From the NCBI GenBank assembly GCA_963797555.1, contig CAWCPV010000003.1:480001-544000 (forward strand): 64,000 nucleotides of DNA, read 5' to 3'. The DNA comes from an uncultured Gammaproteobacteria bacterium (GTDB taxonomy: Bacteria; Pseudomonadota; Gammaproteobacteria; CAWCPV01). Below, piece after piece: positions 11,744 to 24,472 of the stretch. The notes under the pieces were generated by a model that was not told where the DNA came from, did not search any database, and worked only from the letters and a program-made list of their open reading frames with translations. The translations under genes and the position numbers were made by a program. Each line of letters starts with the position of its first letter. Position 1 is the stretch's first letter.

Positions 11744-12526
11744 ATGGGTTTCCTACAAGAGAAACGGGCGCTTATCGTAGGACTTGCCAGTAACCGCTCC
11801 ATCGCGTGGGGCATCGCTCAGGCCATGAGGCGAGAGGGTGCGGATCTCGCCTTTACCTACCAGAACGATAAGCTACGCGAACGCGTAGAGACCCTCGCCG
11901 CCGAGTGCGGCTCTTCCATCGCGCTGCCCTGCGATGTCAGCAGCGACGCAGAGATCGAGCAAGCATTCGAGCGCCTGGACGACTACTGGAGCCACCTGGA
12001 CATCATCGTGCATTCCGTGGCGTTTGCGCCGCGCACGGAACTGCAGGGCAGCTTCTTGGACAGCGTCAGCCGGGAGGGCTTCCGCGTCGCCCACGAAATC
12101 AGCTCATACAGCTTGACCGCGTTGGCCAAAATCGGCCGCGCCATGATGCAAGGGCGTCGCGGGGCGCTCCTCACTCTGAGCTACCTGGGCGCGAAAAAGG
12201 CCGTCCCCAATTACAACGTCATGGGTCTCGCCAAGGCGAGTCTGGAGGCCAACGTGCGTTACCTCGCGCTCAGCCTCGGGGCCGAGGGGATCCGCGTCAA
12301 TGCGATCTCCGCCGGGCCGCTCAGGACGCTGGCCGCCTCAGGCATCACGGATTTCCGCAGGCTCTTGGAATATGTGGAGAAGGGTGCTCCGTTGCGGCGT
12401 AACGTCACCCTCGAGGAGGTAGGGAATGCCGGAGCGTTCCTCTGCTCAGACCTCGCCTCGGGGATCACCGGCGATGTGCTCTATGTGGACTGCGGGTTCC
12501 ATATCGTAGCCGTGGGTGGCATCTGA
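11744..12526 (+). CDS. fabI: Enoyl-ACP reductase
   Basis: [43 protein letters not shown]. Confidence 0.95.
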   Translation: MGFLQEKRALIVGLASNRSIAWGIAQAMRREGADLAFTYQNDKLRERVETLAAECGSSIALPCDVSSDAEIEQAFERLDDYWSHLDIIVHSVAFAPRTELQGSFLDSVSREGFRVAHEISSYSLTALAKIGRAMMQGRRGALLTLSYLGAKKAVPNYNVMGLAKASLEANVRYLALSLGAEGIRVNAISAGPLRTLAASGITDFRRLLEYVEKGAPLRRNVTLEEVGNAGAFLCSDLASGITGDVLYVDCGFHIVAVGGI

Positions 12527-12710
12527 TAGCCGCCTTGGCGCCAGTGCCGCACCTCCGGAGCCCACGCTCCGCACGCCCCGAGCCGTGGCGCGCGGGTAGT
12601 TTGGTCACTGTGAAAATGCGCCCCGGGCGCCCTACGTCTCCCCTCGCGCACGGGACAAGGGAACCGGTCGCGCCCGACTGGACACCCTGTTCTTCAACGC
12701 GGCAAAGATG

Positions 12711-14201
12711 GGTTCTTCCCGGAATCGTGTGGGTAGCAATGCCTATGCCGCAGCGGCATCTGCCTGATCTCTGACACCAGGGGGTGTGTTGAGCGGCGAG
12801 GCGGGCAGGTGGGCGAGATTGCCGGCGATGAGGTAGGCGATGGTGATGAGCGAGTGCGTGGTGCGGTAGCCCCGGGCGCGGGCCTTGGCGGCCTGGATGA
12901 GGGAGTTGATGCCCTCGGCGCGGCCGTTGGTGAGGCCCGAGTGGAACGCGGCGAGGATGCCGTTCCAGTGCTCTTTCAGGGTAGTGGCGAGGCGTTTCAT
13001 GGGCTGCAGGCGGCCGTGCCCAGCTATACCAGCGCCCGAGGGCGCTCTCGGCCTGCTCGAGGGTGCTGGCCGTGGCGTAGATATCGCGCAGCGCCTCCTT
13101 GAGGCGCCAGGCGCGGGCGGTCTTGAGGCGGGCGCGGGAGAGCCAGTGGAAGTCGGTGAGTTGGTCCCAGCCAGGTCCAGCGGGTGCCTCTGAGGGCGGG
13201 CTCGGTCTTGATCTCCTGGCGGCGCACCGCGTCGACCGCCTCGTTGGCGAGCTTGATCACGTGGAAGGCATCGAAGCTCACCGTGGCCTGGGGCAGGTGC
13301 CTGGCCACCCCGGCGCGGTAGGCGGCGGACAGGTCGATGCACACCTGCTCGATGGCCTGCGGGTCGCCGCCGTGCGCCTTGAGGTCGGCGGCGAAGGCCG
13401 CCACGGTGCTCTGGTCGCGGCCCTCGCAGGCGAACAGCAGGCGTTTTCCCGTGAGGTCATGGAACAGGCTGATGTAGTGCTGTTCACGCCGGGCAGCGGT
13501 CTCGTCCAGGCCCACAGCGCTCACCTGCGAGTGGTCCTCCTGAGCGCGGGCACTGCCTACGTAGTGATCGAGCACCCCCCACAGGCGCTCATCGCCCACA
13601 CCCAGGTGCCGAGCCACGGTCGCCACCGGCAGGGCCTGGCACAGCGTGACCACCAGCGCCTCCATCAGCGCCGTGAAGCCACTGTGTGCGCGCGCCCACG
13701 GCGCTTCGACCTGGGTCGTCTTGCCGCAGGCCTCGCAGCGCACCCGCGGCAGATGCGCGTGCAGGTACGCCCGTGACTTAAAGAAGCTCAGGTGCTGCCA
13801 ACTGCGCTCCCGGGTGTCGTGCACCGGCTGGCCTTGCACTCCGCAGGCCGGGCAGGCAAAGCGGCTGCCCTTGGCAAACGCCACCTCGAGGTCGATGCGC
13901 CCAGCCTCGGGGTCGAAGCGCACGTCGGTGACCTCCCAAGGCACCGTCAGGCCCAGTGCCGTGGTAAACAGATGCGTGGGCTGCACGGTGCTCCCCCCTT
14001 GGAGACGGCCTGTGGATTTGTGGACGAGCCCTGCGGAGCGGCCCGCGTCCCAAGGACCGTGTGGACAACCTCCCGGTTGCCCACACTCGCGGGCCTCTCG
14101 CCCACCACCCCACAAGCCCCAACCACAAGATGTTGTGATAAGCGACTAGTCAGGACAGATGCTACTTCACCACCGCGACCCACACAATTTCCGAAAGAGC
14201 C
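12711..14201 (-). mobile_element. ISL3-family insertion sequence, copy 1 (frameshifted transposase)
   Basis: Imperfect TIRs GG(T/C)TCTT..GG..T.GTGTGGGT; 8-bp target duplication CAAAGATG at 12703-12710 and 14202-14209; CPAC zinc finger, GLDET, FDAFHV, TNGRAEGINS. Confidence 0.92.
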
Positions 14202-14244
14202 CAAAGATGCTCATCGTCCCGTTCCGCTCATCCTGACGTCGGCC

Positions 14245-14287
14245 ATCGCCGCTATCGGGGCGCACTGCAGATTTATCCACAAACTCA
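14245..14287 (-). repeat. Partial copy of palindromic intergenic repeat beginning at ppiD stop codon
   Basis: TGA-GTTTGTGGATAAATCTGCAGTGCGCCCCGATAGCGGCG resembles 23561 and 28862 copies. Confidence 0.55.
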
Positions 14288-16180
14288 GAGCCGCTCGGAA
14301 TAAATCTTGACGTCGGCCTCCTGGCGGAGGGTCTGCATCCAATCGCCGAAGTCGTCGGCACCCAGTTGCCGTGCCAGATCCCTGGCCGCGGCCTTACGAA
14401 GCTTCTCGTCGACCTTCCCGAGGTCACCGTCCACTACACCTGTCAGCCTCACCAGCACACAGTCTCCCGTGGGGAAAACGACGCTACCGTAGGCAGCCCC
14501 GTGCGGGCCGGGACGAGGCAGGGCGAAGGCAGTGCTGAGCAGGGCAGGGTTGAGGCTATGGTCGTCACGCTTCACGGTCACCGTCGGCGCCCACTCGAGC
14601 CCTTGCCCCTGGGCAAGAGCGGCCGGATCCTTCCCCTGCCGCAGATCCGCAAGCAGCTTCTCTCCGAGGTCCTTCACCTCCGCCTTGGCCTGCTGGAAAC
14701 GCAAGCGCTGCTCGATCTCTGCGCGCACATCCGCGAGGGGCCGCACGGCACTTGGCTTGTGATCCCGCACTCGCACAACAACCAGATCGTCGGGGGCCAG
14801 TTCAATTGCCTGACTGTTGTAACCGTCCTTCAGCACCTCCTGACTGAATGCCGCAGTCAGCACCTTGGGATTGGCGGCGATTCCGCCGCCGCCACCGCGG
14901 CCGAAGAAACCAGTCGTCTTGATCGCCAGATTCAGCTCCTTCGCGGCAAGCTCCAGCGTGTCCGGGTGCTCGTAGGTGAGGTCACCGAGCTTCTCGCCTT
15001 TTTCCAGGAACTCGCGCTCCGCCTCTCGCCGACGGTAGTCAGCGAGAAGCTGTGCGCGAACCTCCTGGAACGGTTTCACGGTGGCGGGCTTCACATCCTC
15101 GAGCTTCACGACGTGAAAGCCGTATGAGGTTCTCGCAAGGCGTATCTCACCCGGCCGCATGGAGAAAACGACTTGGTCCATCGCCGGATCCATCGAACCC
15201 TGACCGAAATACCCCAGGTCACCACCCTGTTTCGCCGATCCCGGATCCTCGGAGAACTCCCGCGCCAGATCGCCCATGTTCTCGCCTTTCTTGATCCTCT
15301 CCAGAAGCTTCTCCGCCTTCTCCCGAGCGGCCTGCGCCGCGGTCTGAGGGGCGTCGTGGGCGACCGCGACGAGGATATGGCGGGCCCGACGCTGCTCTTC
15401 CACGGCGAAATCTCCCTTGCGCTCCTCGTACACCTTGTGCAGTGCATCCTCCGAAGGCTCGGGAATGGCGCGCGCCAAGTCGCCCACCTTGAGCTCCAGA
15501 TAAGCCAAATCGACCTGCTCGGGCGACGTTAGTTGTGTCTTGTGGGCCTCGTAATAGGCACCGACCGCTTGATCGCTGACCTTCGCGGCCTCCATGGACC
15601 GAGCCACCGGGACGACCAGATGACTAAATTCGCGCTCTTGCTCCTTTAGGAGCAGGATCCGATTGACGGCCTCTGAAGTCACCCCATGGCTGGCGCGAAT
15701 TCCCTGGCCCAGTTGGTCGAGGAGCATGCCCTGGCGTAGCTGCGCCTCGAAGGCAGCGGACGTGAGCCCCTGGGATTGAAGGATGCGCGCGTACGCATCG
15801 CGGTCGAAACGACCCCCCTGCTGGAACGCGGGCAGGGACTCGATCTCTCCCCCCAGTTGGGCATCGGTCACATGCAGCCCCATCCCCTGCACAGTCTGGA
15901 TCAGAAGCAACCGGTTGATAAGCGCATCGAGAACTTGCCGCTTGATCGCCTTCTCGTCGACACCCTCGGGAAGTGCCGACCCCAGGCGTTGCCGCTCCTG
16001 CTGATAGGCGCGATCCAGCTCCGCCAGCTTGATATCGCGTCCGTTGACGCTGGCGACGACTACCTCCTTGCCGCCGGAGAAATACTGCTGGATGCCCCAC
16101 AGCGCAAACGGGATGGCGATGAGAATCACTATTACCCACGCCAGCACGCCGGTGGCGCGGTCACGGATACCCTGGAGCAT
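14285..16180 (-). CDS. ppiD: Periplasmic PPIase/chaperone PpiD (SurA-N plus rotamase)
   Basis: N-terminal TM helix, RRARHIL, FSEDPGSAKQGGDLG; conserved position after hupB. Confidence 0.9.
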   Translation of the reverse strand: MLQGIRDRATGVLAWVIVILIAIPFALWGIQQYFSGGKEVVVASVNGRDIKLAELDRAYQQERQRLGSALPEGVDEKAIKRQVLDALINRLLLIQTVQGMGLHVTDAQLGGEIESLPAFQQGGRFDRDAYARILQSQGLTSAAFEAQLRQGMLLDQLGQGIRASHGVTSEAVNRILLLKEQEREFSHLVVPVARSMEAAKVSDQAVGAYYEAHKTQLTSPEQVDLAYLELKVGDLARAIPEPSEDALHKVYEERKGDFAVEEQRRARHILVAVAHDAPQTAAQAAREKAEKLLERIKKGENMGDLAREFSEDPGSAKQGGDLGYFGQGSMDPAMDQVVFSMRPGEIRLARTSYGFHVVKLEDVKPATVKPFQEVRAQLLADYRRREAEREFLEKGEKLGDLTYEHPDTLELAAKELNLAIKTTGFFGRGGGGGIAANPKVLTAAFSQEVLKDGYNSQAIELAPDDLVVVRVRDHKPSAVRPLADVRAEIEQRLRFQQAKAEVKDLGEKLLADLRQGKDPAALAQGQGLEWAPTVTVKRDDHSLNPALLSTAFALPRPGPHGAAYGSVVFPTGDCVLVRLTGVVDGDLGKVDEKLRKAAARDLARQLGADDFGDWMQTLRQEADVKIYSERL

Positions 16181-16250
16181 ACGATTCGGGACTTAGCGCG
16201 AACAAAACGAGCCGCTGGCACGCCTGCCGCGCGCCAGCGCTGCTGGAGTA

Positions 16251-16327
16251 TGGCGGAGTGGACGGGACTCGAACCCGCGACCCCCGGCTTGACAGGCCGG
16301 TATTCTAACCAGCTGAACTACCACTCC
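16251..16327 (-). tRNA. tRNA-Asp(GTC)
   Basis: GGAGTGGTAGTTCAGCTGG...CCGGC-CT-GTC-AA-GCCGG...GGTTCGAGTCC...CCA. Confidence 0.95.
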
Positions 16328-16333
16328 TTGGCT

Positions 16334-16409
16334 TGGTGGGTGCTGAGGGGTTTGAACCCCCGACCTTCGCCTTGTAAGGGCGACGCTCTCCCGGCTGAGC
16401 TAAGCACCC
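16334..16409 (-). tRNA. tRNA-Val(TAC)
   Basis: GGGTGCTTAGCTCAG...TCGCC-CT-TAC-AA-GGCGA...GGTTCAAACC...CCA. Confidence 0.95.
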
Positions 16410-16421
16410 GAGGACAACTGG

Positions 16422-16694
16422 TTATTTTACGGCATCCTTGAGTGCCTTGCCAGGCTTGAAGACCGGCGTCTTCGTCGCCGGAATCTTGATCTGAGCCCCG
16501 GTGCGAGGATTGCGGCCGGTACGCGCCGCGCGCTTGCGCACGGAGAACGTCCCGAAACCGACCAGCGTAACGGCACCCCCTTTTTTTAAGGCGCCGGTAA
16601 CGGTCTCCACCATGCTGTCAACGGCACGCGCGGCAGCGGCCTTGGAGATGTCGGAGGACTCTGCAACGGATTGGATCAATTCGGACTTATTCAT
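16422..16694 (-). CDS. hupB: DNA-binding protein HU
   Basis: MNKSELI..., [16 protein letters not shown]; follows lon. Confidence 0.93.
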   Translation of the reverse strand: MNKSELIQSVAESSDISKAAAARAVDSMVETVTGALKKGGAVTLVGFGTFSVRKRAARTGRNPRTGAQIKIPATKTPVFKPGKALKDAVK

Positions 16695-16801
16695 TGGTCG
16701 CACCCCTTTGGTGTTGTAAAGACGCCCTACCTCGCACACTACCGTGTTGCGAGGGGACGTTATACCAACTGTCCAAAACGTGCGTCAAGGGGTGGCGCCG
16801 C

Positions 16802-19244
16802 TCAATGGCGCACCGGAGTCCGCTTCTTCTGCCCTCTGTCGCGTCTTAGCCTGGGCCCTACCGCCTTCGATGAGTCCTCGGGTTCTGGTAAGGGCTTTGG
16901 GGCATGTTGCAGCGCAATTTCAAGCACTTGGTCGATCCATTGTACGGGGCGAATCTCGACATCCTGTAGGACGTTCTTGGGAATCTCTGGGAGATCGCGT
17001 TTATTTTCGGCAGGGATCAGGACTCTTTTGACACCCCCCCGATGGGCCGCCAGCAGCTTCTCTTTCAGCCCTCCGATCGGAAGCACCTCGCCGCGTAGGG
17101 TAATCTCTCCCGTCATGGCAACATCCGCGCGGGCCGGAATCCGTGTCAGCGCGGACACCAGCGCCGTGCACATGCCGATCCCGGCACTCGGGCCGTCTTT
17201 CGGTATCGCCCCCTCCGGTACGTGAATGTGAAAGTCGTACTGCTGATAGAAATCCGCTTCGATCCCGAGCAGTGCGGCCCGACTCCGTACAACAGTCATG
17301 GCTGCCTGCACGGATTCCTGCATAACGTCCCCGATCTGGCCCGTGATCAGCAGCTTGCCCTTCCCAGGCACGACCGCTGACTCGATGGTCAGCAGCTCAC
17401 CACCCACCTCAGTCCAGGCAAGACCAGTGACGTGACCCACTTGGTCCTGTTCTTCCGCCCGCCCATAACGGAAACGCCGCACGCCCAGATACTTCTCCAG
17501 GTTTCGGGAAGTCACCGTAACGCGCTTGCGGGCCTTGGTCAGCAAGAGACTCCTTGACCACCTTGCGGGCGATCTTGGCCACCTCCCGTTCCAGATTGCG
17601 GACGCCCGCCTCCCTCGTGTAGTAGCGGATGATGTCGAGCAGCGCCCCGTCGGAAATGCTGATCTCCGGGTCCTTCAGCCCGTTAGCTTGGATCTGCTTC
17701 GGCACTAGGTAGCGGACAGCGATATTCAGCTTCTCGTCCTCCGTATACCCCGGGATACGAATGACCTCCATGCGATCCAGCAACGGCGATGGGATGTTCA
17801 GGGTGTTGGCGGTGGTGATGAACATGACGTCCGAGAGGTCGTAGTCCACCTCCAAGTAGTGGTCGTTGAAGGCATGGTTCTGCTCCGGATCCAGCACTTC
17901 CAAGAGGGCCGAGGCCGGATCACCGCGGAAATCCATAGCCATCTTGTCCACTTCGTCCAGCAGAAACAGCGGGTTGCGTACTCCCACCTTGCCCATGTTC
18001 TGCAGGATCTTGCCGGGAAGCGACCCGATATAAGTCCGCCGGTGCCCACGAATCTCGGCCTCGTCACGCACTCCGCCGAGGGACATACGCACGAACTTCC
18101 GGTTGGTCGCGCGCGCGATGGAGCGGCCGAGGGAGGTCTTGCCCACGCCCGGTGGGCCGACCAGGCAAAGCACGGAGCCCTTAAGCTTCTTCACGCGCTG
18201 CTGCACGGCCAGATACTCGAGGATGCGTTCCTTGACCTTGTCCAAGCCGTAGTGATCCGCCTCCAAGATGTCTCGGGCCGCCGCCAGGTCGTGGCGTACC
18301 TTGCTGCGCTTCTTCCAGGGGACATTGACGAGCCAGTCGATGTAGTTGCGAACCACGGTCGCCTCGGCCGACATCGGCGACATCATCTTGAGCTTGCTCA
18401 GTTCCGCCACGGCCTTGGCCTTGGCCTCCTTGGTCATGCCAGCACGCTCGATCTTCTGTGCCAGCTCCTCGACCTCGTTGGGCGCGTCTTCCAGCTCACC
18501 GAGCTCTTTCTGGATCGCCTTCATCTGCTCATTGAGGTAGTACTCGCGCTGACTCTTCTCCATCTGCCGCTTGACGCGGCCACGAATGCGCTTCTCCACC
18601 TCGAGGATGTCAATCTCCGATTCCACCAGCCCGAGCAGGAACTCCAGACGATCGCGTACGTCCTCCTTCTCCAGCAGCTTCTGCTTGTCTTCGATCTTGA
18701 GCGCCATGTGGGCGGCGACGGTATCCGCCAGCCGACCCGGATCATCGATGTTGGCGAGCGAGGCGAGCACCTCCGGTGGGATCTTCTTGTTCAGCTTGAC
18801 GTACTGGTCAAACTGGGACATCACCGAGCGGGACAATACCTCCACTTCCCGCTCGTCCTGTGCGGCCGGAACCAGCAAAGCGACCTGCCCGACAAAATAG
18901 CCCTGACCGCCCAGAAACTGGACAATCCGTGCACGTTCGGTACCCTCCACCAACACCTTGATGGTCCCGTCGGGAAGCTTGAGCAGCTGTAGGATATTCG
19001 CGATGCAGCCCACCCGATAAACGTCGTCCGGCCCGGGGTCGTCGTCGGCGGCGTTCTTCTGGGCGACCAGCAGGATGCGCTTGCCCTCCTCCATCGCCGC
19101 ATCCAGGGCCTTGATGGACTTCTCGCGGCCGACAAACAACGGGATAACCATGTGTGGATACACGACCACATCCCGCAGGGGGAGTATGGGAAGGACGGCG
19201 GACGGAGAATCGACCCCCTCGGAGGGCTTGTCAGTTCGCTCCAT
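16802..19244 (-). CDS. lon: Lon protease (one frameshift near 17545, probably assembly error)
   Basis: [35 protein letters not shown] split across two ORFs. Confidence 0.95.
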
Positions 19245-19360
19245 GACGGAGTACCTCTTATGGCTTCATTGCGTATAGGGTGCAGTGCGCGTAACTGTCT
19301 CTCGCATCACCAATCAGCGACGAGAACAGATTACGTAGGCGTACCGCGAACACCACGCAT

Positions 19361-19388
19361 CATGCGGGCCCGCCGGCGCAAATTCAAG
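19361..19388 (-). promoter_or_regulatory. Putative sigma-32 promoter of lon
   Basis: CTTGAAT...CCGCATGA with RpoH-like spacing upstream of lon. Confidence 0.55.
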
Positions 19389-19403
19389 GAAGCTAGCGGG
19401 GAC

Positions 19404-20687
19404 TCAGTCCGAGGCCGCGCGCTGGTGCTGCTCCGTACCCTCGTAGATGAGCAGGGGCTCCGATGTGCCTTTGATCACGTCGCCATCGATCACGACCTTG
19501 CTCACGTCCTTCATGGACGGCAATTCGTACATGATGTCCAGTAGAACGTGCTCAAGGATGGATCGCAGCCCGCGTGCGCCAGTCTTGCGCTCCAAGGCTC
19601 TCTTGGCCACCAGGCGCAGTGCGTCGTCGCGGATTTCGAGCTTGGAGTCCTCCATGTCGAACAGCTTGCTGTACTGCTTCACCAGGGCATTTTTTGGCTC
19701 TGTCAAGATCCGCACCAGAGCCTCCTCGTCCAGCTCGTGCAGCGTGGCCACCACGGGAAGTCGTCCGACGAACTCCGGAATCAGACCATAGCGGATCAGG
19801 TCCTCGGGCTCCACATCCTTCAGCAAGTCGCTCACACTGCGCGACTCGGCCTTGCCTCTGACCTCCGCGGAGAAGCCAATGCCGCCCTTTTCGGATCGAT
19901 CGCGGATCATCTTCTCCAAGCCGGAGAAAGCCCCCCCGCAGATGAAAAGAATGTTGCTCGTATCCACCTGCAAGAATTCCTGCTGAGGGTGCTTCCTACC
20001 GCCCTGTGGCGGCACCGAGGCGACAGTCCCTTCGATGAGCTTCAGCAGCGCCTGTTGGACGCCCTCGCCCGACACGTCTCGGGTGATAGAGGGGTTATCC
20101 GACTTGCGCGAGATCTTGTCGATCTCATCGATGTACACAATTCCGGTCTGGGCTTTCTCTACGTCGTAATCGCACTTCTGCAGCAGCTTCTGAATGATGT
20201 TCTCCACGTCCTCACCTACGTAACCCGCCTCGGTAAGGGTGGTCGCATCGGCGATGGTGAACGGCACATTCAGCAGCCGCGCCAACGTCTCCGCGAGCAG
20301 AGTCTTGCCGCATCCGGTCGGCCCGATCAGCAGGATGTTGCTCTTGGAGATCTCAACGTCATCCTTCTTTTTGCCATGCTGGGCCGCATGCATGCGCTTG
20401 TAGTGGTTGTACACGGCAACGGACAGGATCTTCTTGGCGTGAGCCTGCCCGATGACATAGTCCTCCAGGATTTGGCGAATCTCGGCGGGCGTCGGGAGCT
20501 TGCTCCCGCGGGCATTGGACTTCTCCTGTACCTCCTCCCGGATGATGTCGTTGCAAAGCTCCACGCACTCGTCGCAGATGAAGACGGATGGCCCCGCAAT
20601 GAGCTTGCGCACCTCGTGCTGGCTTTTGCCACAGAACGAGCAGTAAAGCAGCTTCCCGCCGTCGCCTCTACTCTGTCTGTCGCTCAT
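19404..20687 (-). CDS. clpX: Clp protease ATPase ClpX
   Basis: CSFCGKS zinc domain, [21 protein letters not shown] loop. Confidence 0.97.
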   Translation of the reverse strand: MSDRQSRGDGGKLLYCSFCGKSQHEVRKLIAGPSVFICDECVELCNDIIREEVQEKSNARGSKLPTPAEIRQILEDYVIGQAHAKKILSVAVYNHYKRMHAAQHGKKKDDVEISKSNILLIGPTGCGKTLLAETLARLLNVPFTIADATTLTEAGYVGEDVENIIQKLLQKCDYDVEKAQTGIVYIDEIDKISRKSDNPSITRDVSGEGVQQALLKLIEGTVASVPPQGGRKHPQQEFLQVDTSNILFICGGAFSGLEKMIRDRSEKGGIGFSAEVRGKAESRSVSDLLKDVEPEDLIRYGLIPEFVGRLPVVATLHELDEEALVRILTEPKNALVKQYSKLFDMEDSKLEIRDDALRLVAKRALERKTGARGLRSILEHVLLDIMYELPSMKDVSKVVIDGDVIKGTSEPLLIYEGTEQHQRAASD

Positions 20688-20773
20688 AGGCTCACCTCGG
20701 GCTCTGGCGCTTCGGCCAGCCAAACGGCTTCCAGACGATCGTTCACAGACTCCGCACTGCGCTGAACACCCGC

Positions 20774-21418
20774 TTACTTGCTGAGCGGCTTCTCCCGATG
20801 CGACAGCACCGCATCGATTAGGCCGTACTGAGCCGCGTCCTCGCCTCCCATAAAGAAGTCGCGGTCAGTGTCCTGAGCGATCTTCTCCAGCGGTTGACCG
20901 GTATGTTTGGCCAGGATCTCGTTGAGTCGGTCCCGGACCAGCAGGATCTCTCGAGCGTGGATGTCGATATCCGCCGCCTGGCCTTGAAATCCCCCCAGTG
21001 GCTGGTGGACCATCATCCGTGAGTGGGGCAGGCAGTAACGTTTACCCTTGGCGCCCCCTGCCAGGAGCAACGCTCCCATGCTGGCGGCTTGCCCAATGCA
21101 CATCGTGCTCACGTCGGGCCGTACAAACTGCATGGTATCGTAGATAGCCAACCCCGCCGACACCACACCGCCTGGAGAGTTGATGTACAAATGGATATCC
21201 TTGTCCGGGTTCTCCGATTCAAGAAACAAGAGTTGGGCCACTATGAGATTCGCGGAATGTTCCTCCACCGGACCTACCAGGAATATGACTCTTTCCTTCA
21301 GGAGTCGCGAGTAGATATCGTAGGCGCGCTCTCCACGGGCCGTCTGCTCGATGACCATCGGGACTAGATTCAGCCCCCGGATGCTGTCGCCATTGGGGAT
21401 CACGTCACGCTCCTCCAC
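20774..21418 (-). CDS. clpP: Clp protease proteolytic subunit (start approximate)
   Basis: [32 protein letters not shown]. Confidence 0.97.
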   Translation of the reverse strand: MEERDVIPNGDSIRGLNLVPMVIEQTARGERAYDIYSRLLKERVIFLVGPVEEHSANLIVAQLLFLESENPDKDIHLYINSPGGVVSAGLAIYDTMQFVRPDVSTMCIGQAASMGALLLAGGAKGKRYCLPHSRMMVHQPLGGFQGQAADIDIHAREILLVRDRLNEILAKHTGQPLEKIAQDTDRDFFMGGEDAAQYGLIDAVLSHREKPLSK

Positions 21419-22739
21419 TGCCGGCCCCCCCGCCAGAGACGGCGGGTTGCCACGCCACAAGCGCATCGAAGGTCGAGTGGACGTCGGTCACCTGAACATG
21501 CTGCAAGACCCAGTCCACCACCTGATCTTCTATCACCATGGATTCGATCTCCGCAAGCTGCCGTCGGTTGCCGTAGATCCATCGCGTAACTGCGTCCGGC
21601 TCCTCATACGTCGACGCGATGCGCTCGACGGCATCCCGGACCCGCTCCGCAGACGCCTTCATCCCCCCCCGCTTGGCCAGTTCGAGGATGATAAGCCCGA
21701 GCGCCACGCGCCTGCGGGCCGCCGCTTCGAACACGGAATCAGGGAGCGCCTTGGCCGCATCCTGCCTACTCTGTTCGGCACCCTCCGACAACTGGCCTCT
21801 AAGCCGCTGGATTTCCTCTGCAAGCAAGGACCTCGGTAGCTCGATGGGGTGGGCGTTCAGCAGGATATCCATGACCTGCTGTTTGACTCTCCCCTTGACG
21901 GCTTGTTCCAGCTCGCGGCGCATGTTCCCGGCCACCTCGCCCCGCAGCGCCGCCACCCCCCCCTCCTTGACCCCGAAGCCATGCACGAAGTCCTCGTCCA
22001 AGTTGGGAAGCCGCCTGGTTTGCACAGCGGTCACGGTGAGCGTGAACTCGCCATGTTTGCCCGCGAGGTCCTTGGCAGGGTAGTCGGCCGGGAAAGTGAG
22101 CGTGGTGCTGCGCTCCTCGCCCGCCCCCGCACCCAACAGCACCTGCTCGAGCTCCGGCAGCAGCGACGTGCCCCCCAACACGGCCTTAACGCCCCGGGCA
22201 CTCACCCCCTGCTCGCTGCCTTCCACCGTCCCGCGGTAATCGATGGTTACGGTGTCGCCCGCCCCGGCCGGCCGCTCCGCGGGGACCCATTGCGCCCGTT
22301 GCTCCCGCAGGCGCTCTATCATTCGGTCCACGTCCGCCTCTGAGACATCCGCGACGGGGCGCTCGACGCTGTACGCCTCGAGCGCAGCCGAGTCAATCGT
22401 CGGATACACTTCGAAGGTCGCCACGTACTCCAAGTCCTCGCCCGCGCTCTGGGGTTTGGCCTCCACCCTCGGACCGCCCACGGGCCGCAGGTTCTCTTGG
22501 CGAATCGCCTCCTCCAGCGTGGAGCGCACCAACTCGCCGATCACTTCGCCGCGCACCTGTCCGCCGTATTTCTGACTGACCACCCGCAACGGGGCTTTGC
22601 CCGGCCGGAAACCCGAGATGGCCGCACGGCGCGCCAGGGACTGCAGCCGGCGCTGCACTTCTTTCTCTACTGTCTCGGCCGGTACGGCAACCCTGAGATG
22701 GCGTTCTAGCCCTTGGCCGGACTCGACAGACACGTGCAT
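21405..22739 (-). CDS. tig: Trigger factor
   Basis: GFRPGKAP signature, FKBP-like domain, upstream of clpP. Confidence 0.93.
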   Translation of the reverse strand: MHVSVESGQGLERHLRVAVPAETVEKEVQRRLQSLARRAAISGFRPGKAPLRVVSQKYGGQVRGEVIGELVRSTLEEAIRQENLRPVGGPRVEAKPQSAGEDLEYVATFEVYPTIDSAALEAYSVERPVADVSEADVDRMIERLREQRAQWVPAERPAGAGDTVTIDYRGTVEGSEQGVSARGVKAVLGGTSLLPELEQVLLGAGAGEERSTTLTFPADYPAKDLAGKHGEFTLTVTAVQTRRLPNLDEDFVHGFGVKEGGVAALRGEVAGNMRRELEQAVKGRVKQQVMDILLNAHPIELPRSLLAEEIQRLRGQLSEGAEQSRQDAAKALPDSVFEAAARRRVALGLIILELAKRGGMKASAERVRDAVERIASTYEEPDAVTRWIYGNRRQLAEIESMVIEDQVVDWVLQHVQVTDVHSTFDALVAWQPAVSGGGAGSGGA

Positions 22740-22850
22740 GGCATGGCCCCTAGCGGACACACGACTGATCCCTCAATCAGCCGCGGAACAGGTTAATGAC
22801 GAAGACCAAGCGGACACAATCCCCAAGAATGTTTCGGTTTTAGAGTATAG

Positions 22851-22932
<82 letters not shown>

Positions 22933-23061
22933 CTTGTCACCGACACCAGGCAGGGCCTGCGGGGCACCCTGGAACGCATTATACATGATACATGCTTTCC
23001 GGATCTCCGAGCACGACGCTGCCGCTACGTCGTTCTGGCTCACTCCGGCGGGCACGCAGGA

Positions 23062-23553
23062 CTATTCGGCGCGTCCGGAGAGCCGCCACCATCGGCGGCG
23101 GGAAGCGACAGGACCGAACGCCGCAGGGAGGTCCACCGGCGGGAGCGTTGAAAGCACCCAGCCGGGCAACGGAGGCCGTTCGCTGAAACCACACACCGAA
23201 CCGAGGCTGTTCGGATCGAAGATCTTGACGAGCGACGGCGCCTCAAAGTTGTCCGCGTATACGATTCCGCAGTAGTCCTCGGTGTGCTCGCGGCGCAGGA
23301 AGCGGTCGATTGCACCGATGAAGTTTTCAAGCTCTGTCGCGCTGACGGGCGTCGATGGCACCGCCTTCCCCACGGCATAGATGTACCACGACGCACCGCC
23401 ACAGTGACGCAAGTTAGCCCATAGCTGGTCGAGCTGTTGCCAGCGCAGCACGCCGCGGAAGCTTCCACGGAAAGCCACGAGATATGGGTTCTCTCCAATA
23501 GACACGCCGATACCAATCCGCTGCATACCCCGGCTGCCGTCGCAACCCGGCAT
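23062..23553 (-). CDS. Conserved hypothetical protein (start uncertain)
   Basis: FRGSFRGVLRW, REHTEDYCGIVYAD, IFDPNSLGSVCG; recalled from sulfur-oxidiser genomes, unverified. Confidence 0.65.
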   Translation of the reverse strand: MPGCDGSRGMQRIGIGVSIGENPYLVAFRGSFRGVLRWQQLDQLWANLRHCGGASWYIYAVGKAVPSTPVSATELENFIGAIDRFLRREHTEDYCGIVYADNFEAPSLVKIFDPNSLGSVCGFSERPPLPGWVLSTLPPVDLPAAFGPVASRRRWWRLSGRAE

Positions 23554-23560
23554 TATCCCG

Positions 23561-23605
23561 AGAGCTTGTAAGTAAATCTGCTGCGCGCCCCGATGGCGGC
23601 GTCAT
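23561..23605 (+). repeat. Partial copy of palindromic intergenic repeat
   Basis: AGAGCTTGTAAGTAAATCTGCTGCGCGCCCCGATGGCGGCG similar to 14245-14287 (reverse complement). Confidence 0.55.
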
Positions 23606-23848
23606 GGCGCACCCCCCTGTACGCCACCGCTTCGGGGCGTCCTGCGGATGTGCCGAATGGCTGTCCTGCCATTCGGTCGCCCTCGCCCAACTACTCGATG
23701 CGTCTCGTGGCTGCGCTTCGTGCGCCCTGCTGTCGCTCCGTCCGTTGCGACGACCCCTTCACAGCTCTGGGCGTTGTCATCCGCGACAACCCTCACTATG
23801 ATGCTCCATTGGCCTTTTCCCCAGGCTGCGCCTTCGCGGACATCCATT

Positions 23849-24313
23849 GTGGGCAACCAATCCTTTTCCATCAACATAGAACATCTTGAAGGGTACCAAT
23901 TCAGGGTAGAGTTCGACTGGCCGGTGCCAGACATCGTCATGGATGAGCCAGAGCCTCTCGGAGAACGTCGGGGCCCGAACGCCTCCCGGCTCCTTGCGGC
24001 AGCCGTGGGGAACTGCCTGACCGCCAGCCTCCTCTTCTGCCTGACGAAGACCAGGGTGGAACTAGGCGGCGCCAAGACCAAGGTGACCGCAGTCCTTTCG
24101 CGGAACGAGCGCGGGCGACTGCGTGTAGGAAGCCTGGAGGTGAGCATCCAGGTTTCCGTCATGCCGGAGGCGGGTAACAAGGCGGTGCGATGTAGCCAGC
24201 TATTCGAGGACTTCTGCGTGGTGACCGCGAGCGTCCGCGAGGGGATTCCCATCCACGTCACAGTCACCGACGACCGCGGGACGGTGCTTCACCACTCAGG
24301 CAGTCCAGTGTAG
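23849..24313 (+). CDS. OsmC/Ohr-family protein
   Basis: DEPEPLG..GPNASRLLAAAVGNCL and FEDFCVVTASV with two conserved Cys. Confidence 0.85.
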   Translation: MGNQSFSINIEHLEGYQFRVEFDWPVPDIVMDEPEPLGERRGPNASRLLAAAVGNCLTASLLFCLTKTRVELGGAKTKVTAVLSRNERGRLRVGSLEVSIQVSVMPEAGNKAVRCSQLFEDFCVVTASVREGIPIHVTVTDDRGTVLHHSGSPV

Positions 24314-24472
24314 CAGAGCGGCATAAGCCATGACCCGCCAAGGGAGCCAAGGCGGACCGAAGGATCACGAATCGAGTACTGCCCAGGACCAAGACCACCT
24401 CCGTCGGCGCATGCCGCATCAGGTTCCAGGCGACTGCCTCGCGTGGGATCTGACCCCGCGCCTCCGCTTCGT

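Noticed and set aside
22848-22850. tRNA-Leu ends in CTA rather than CCA
   Set aside because: CCA can be added enzymatically, or this is a base error; not notable
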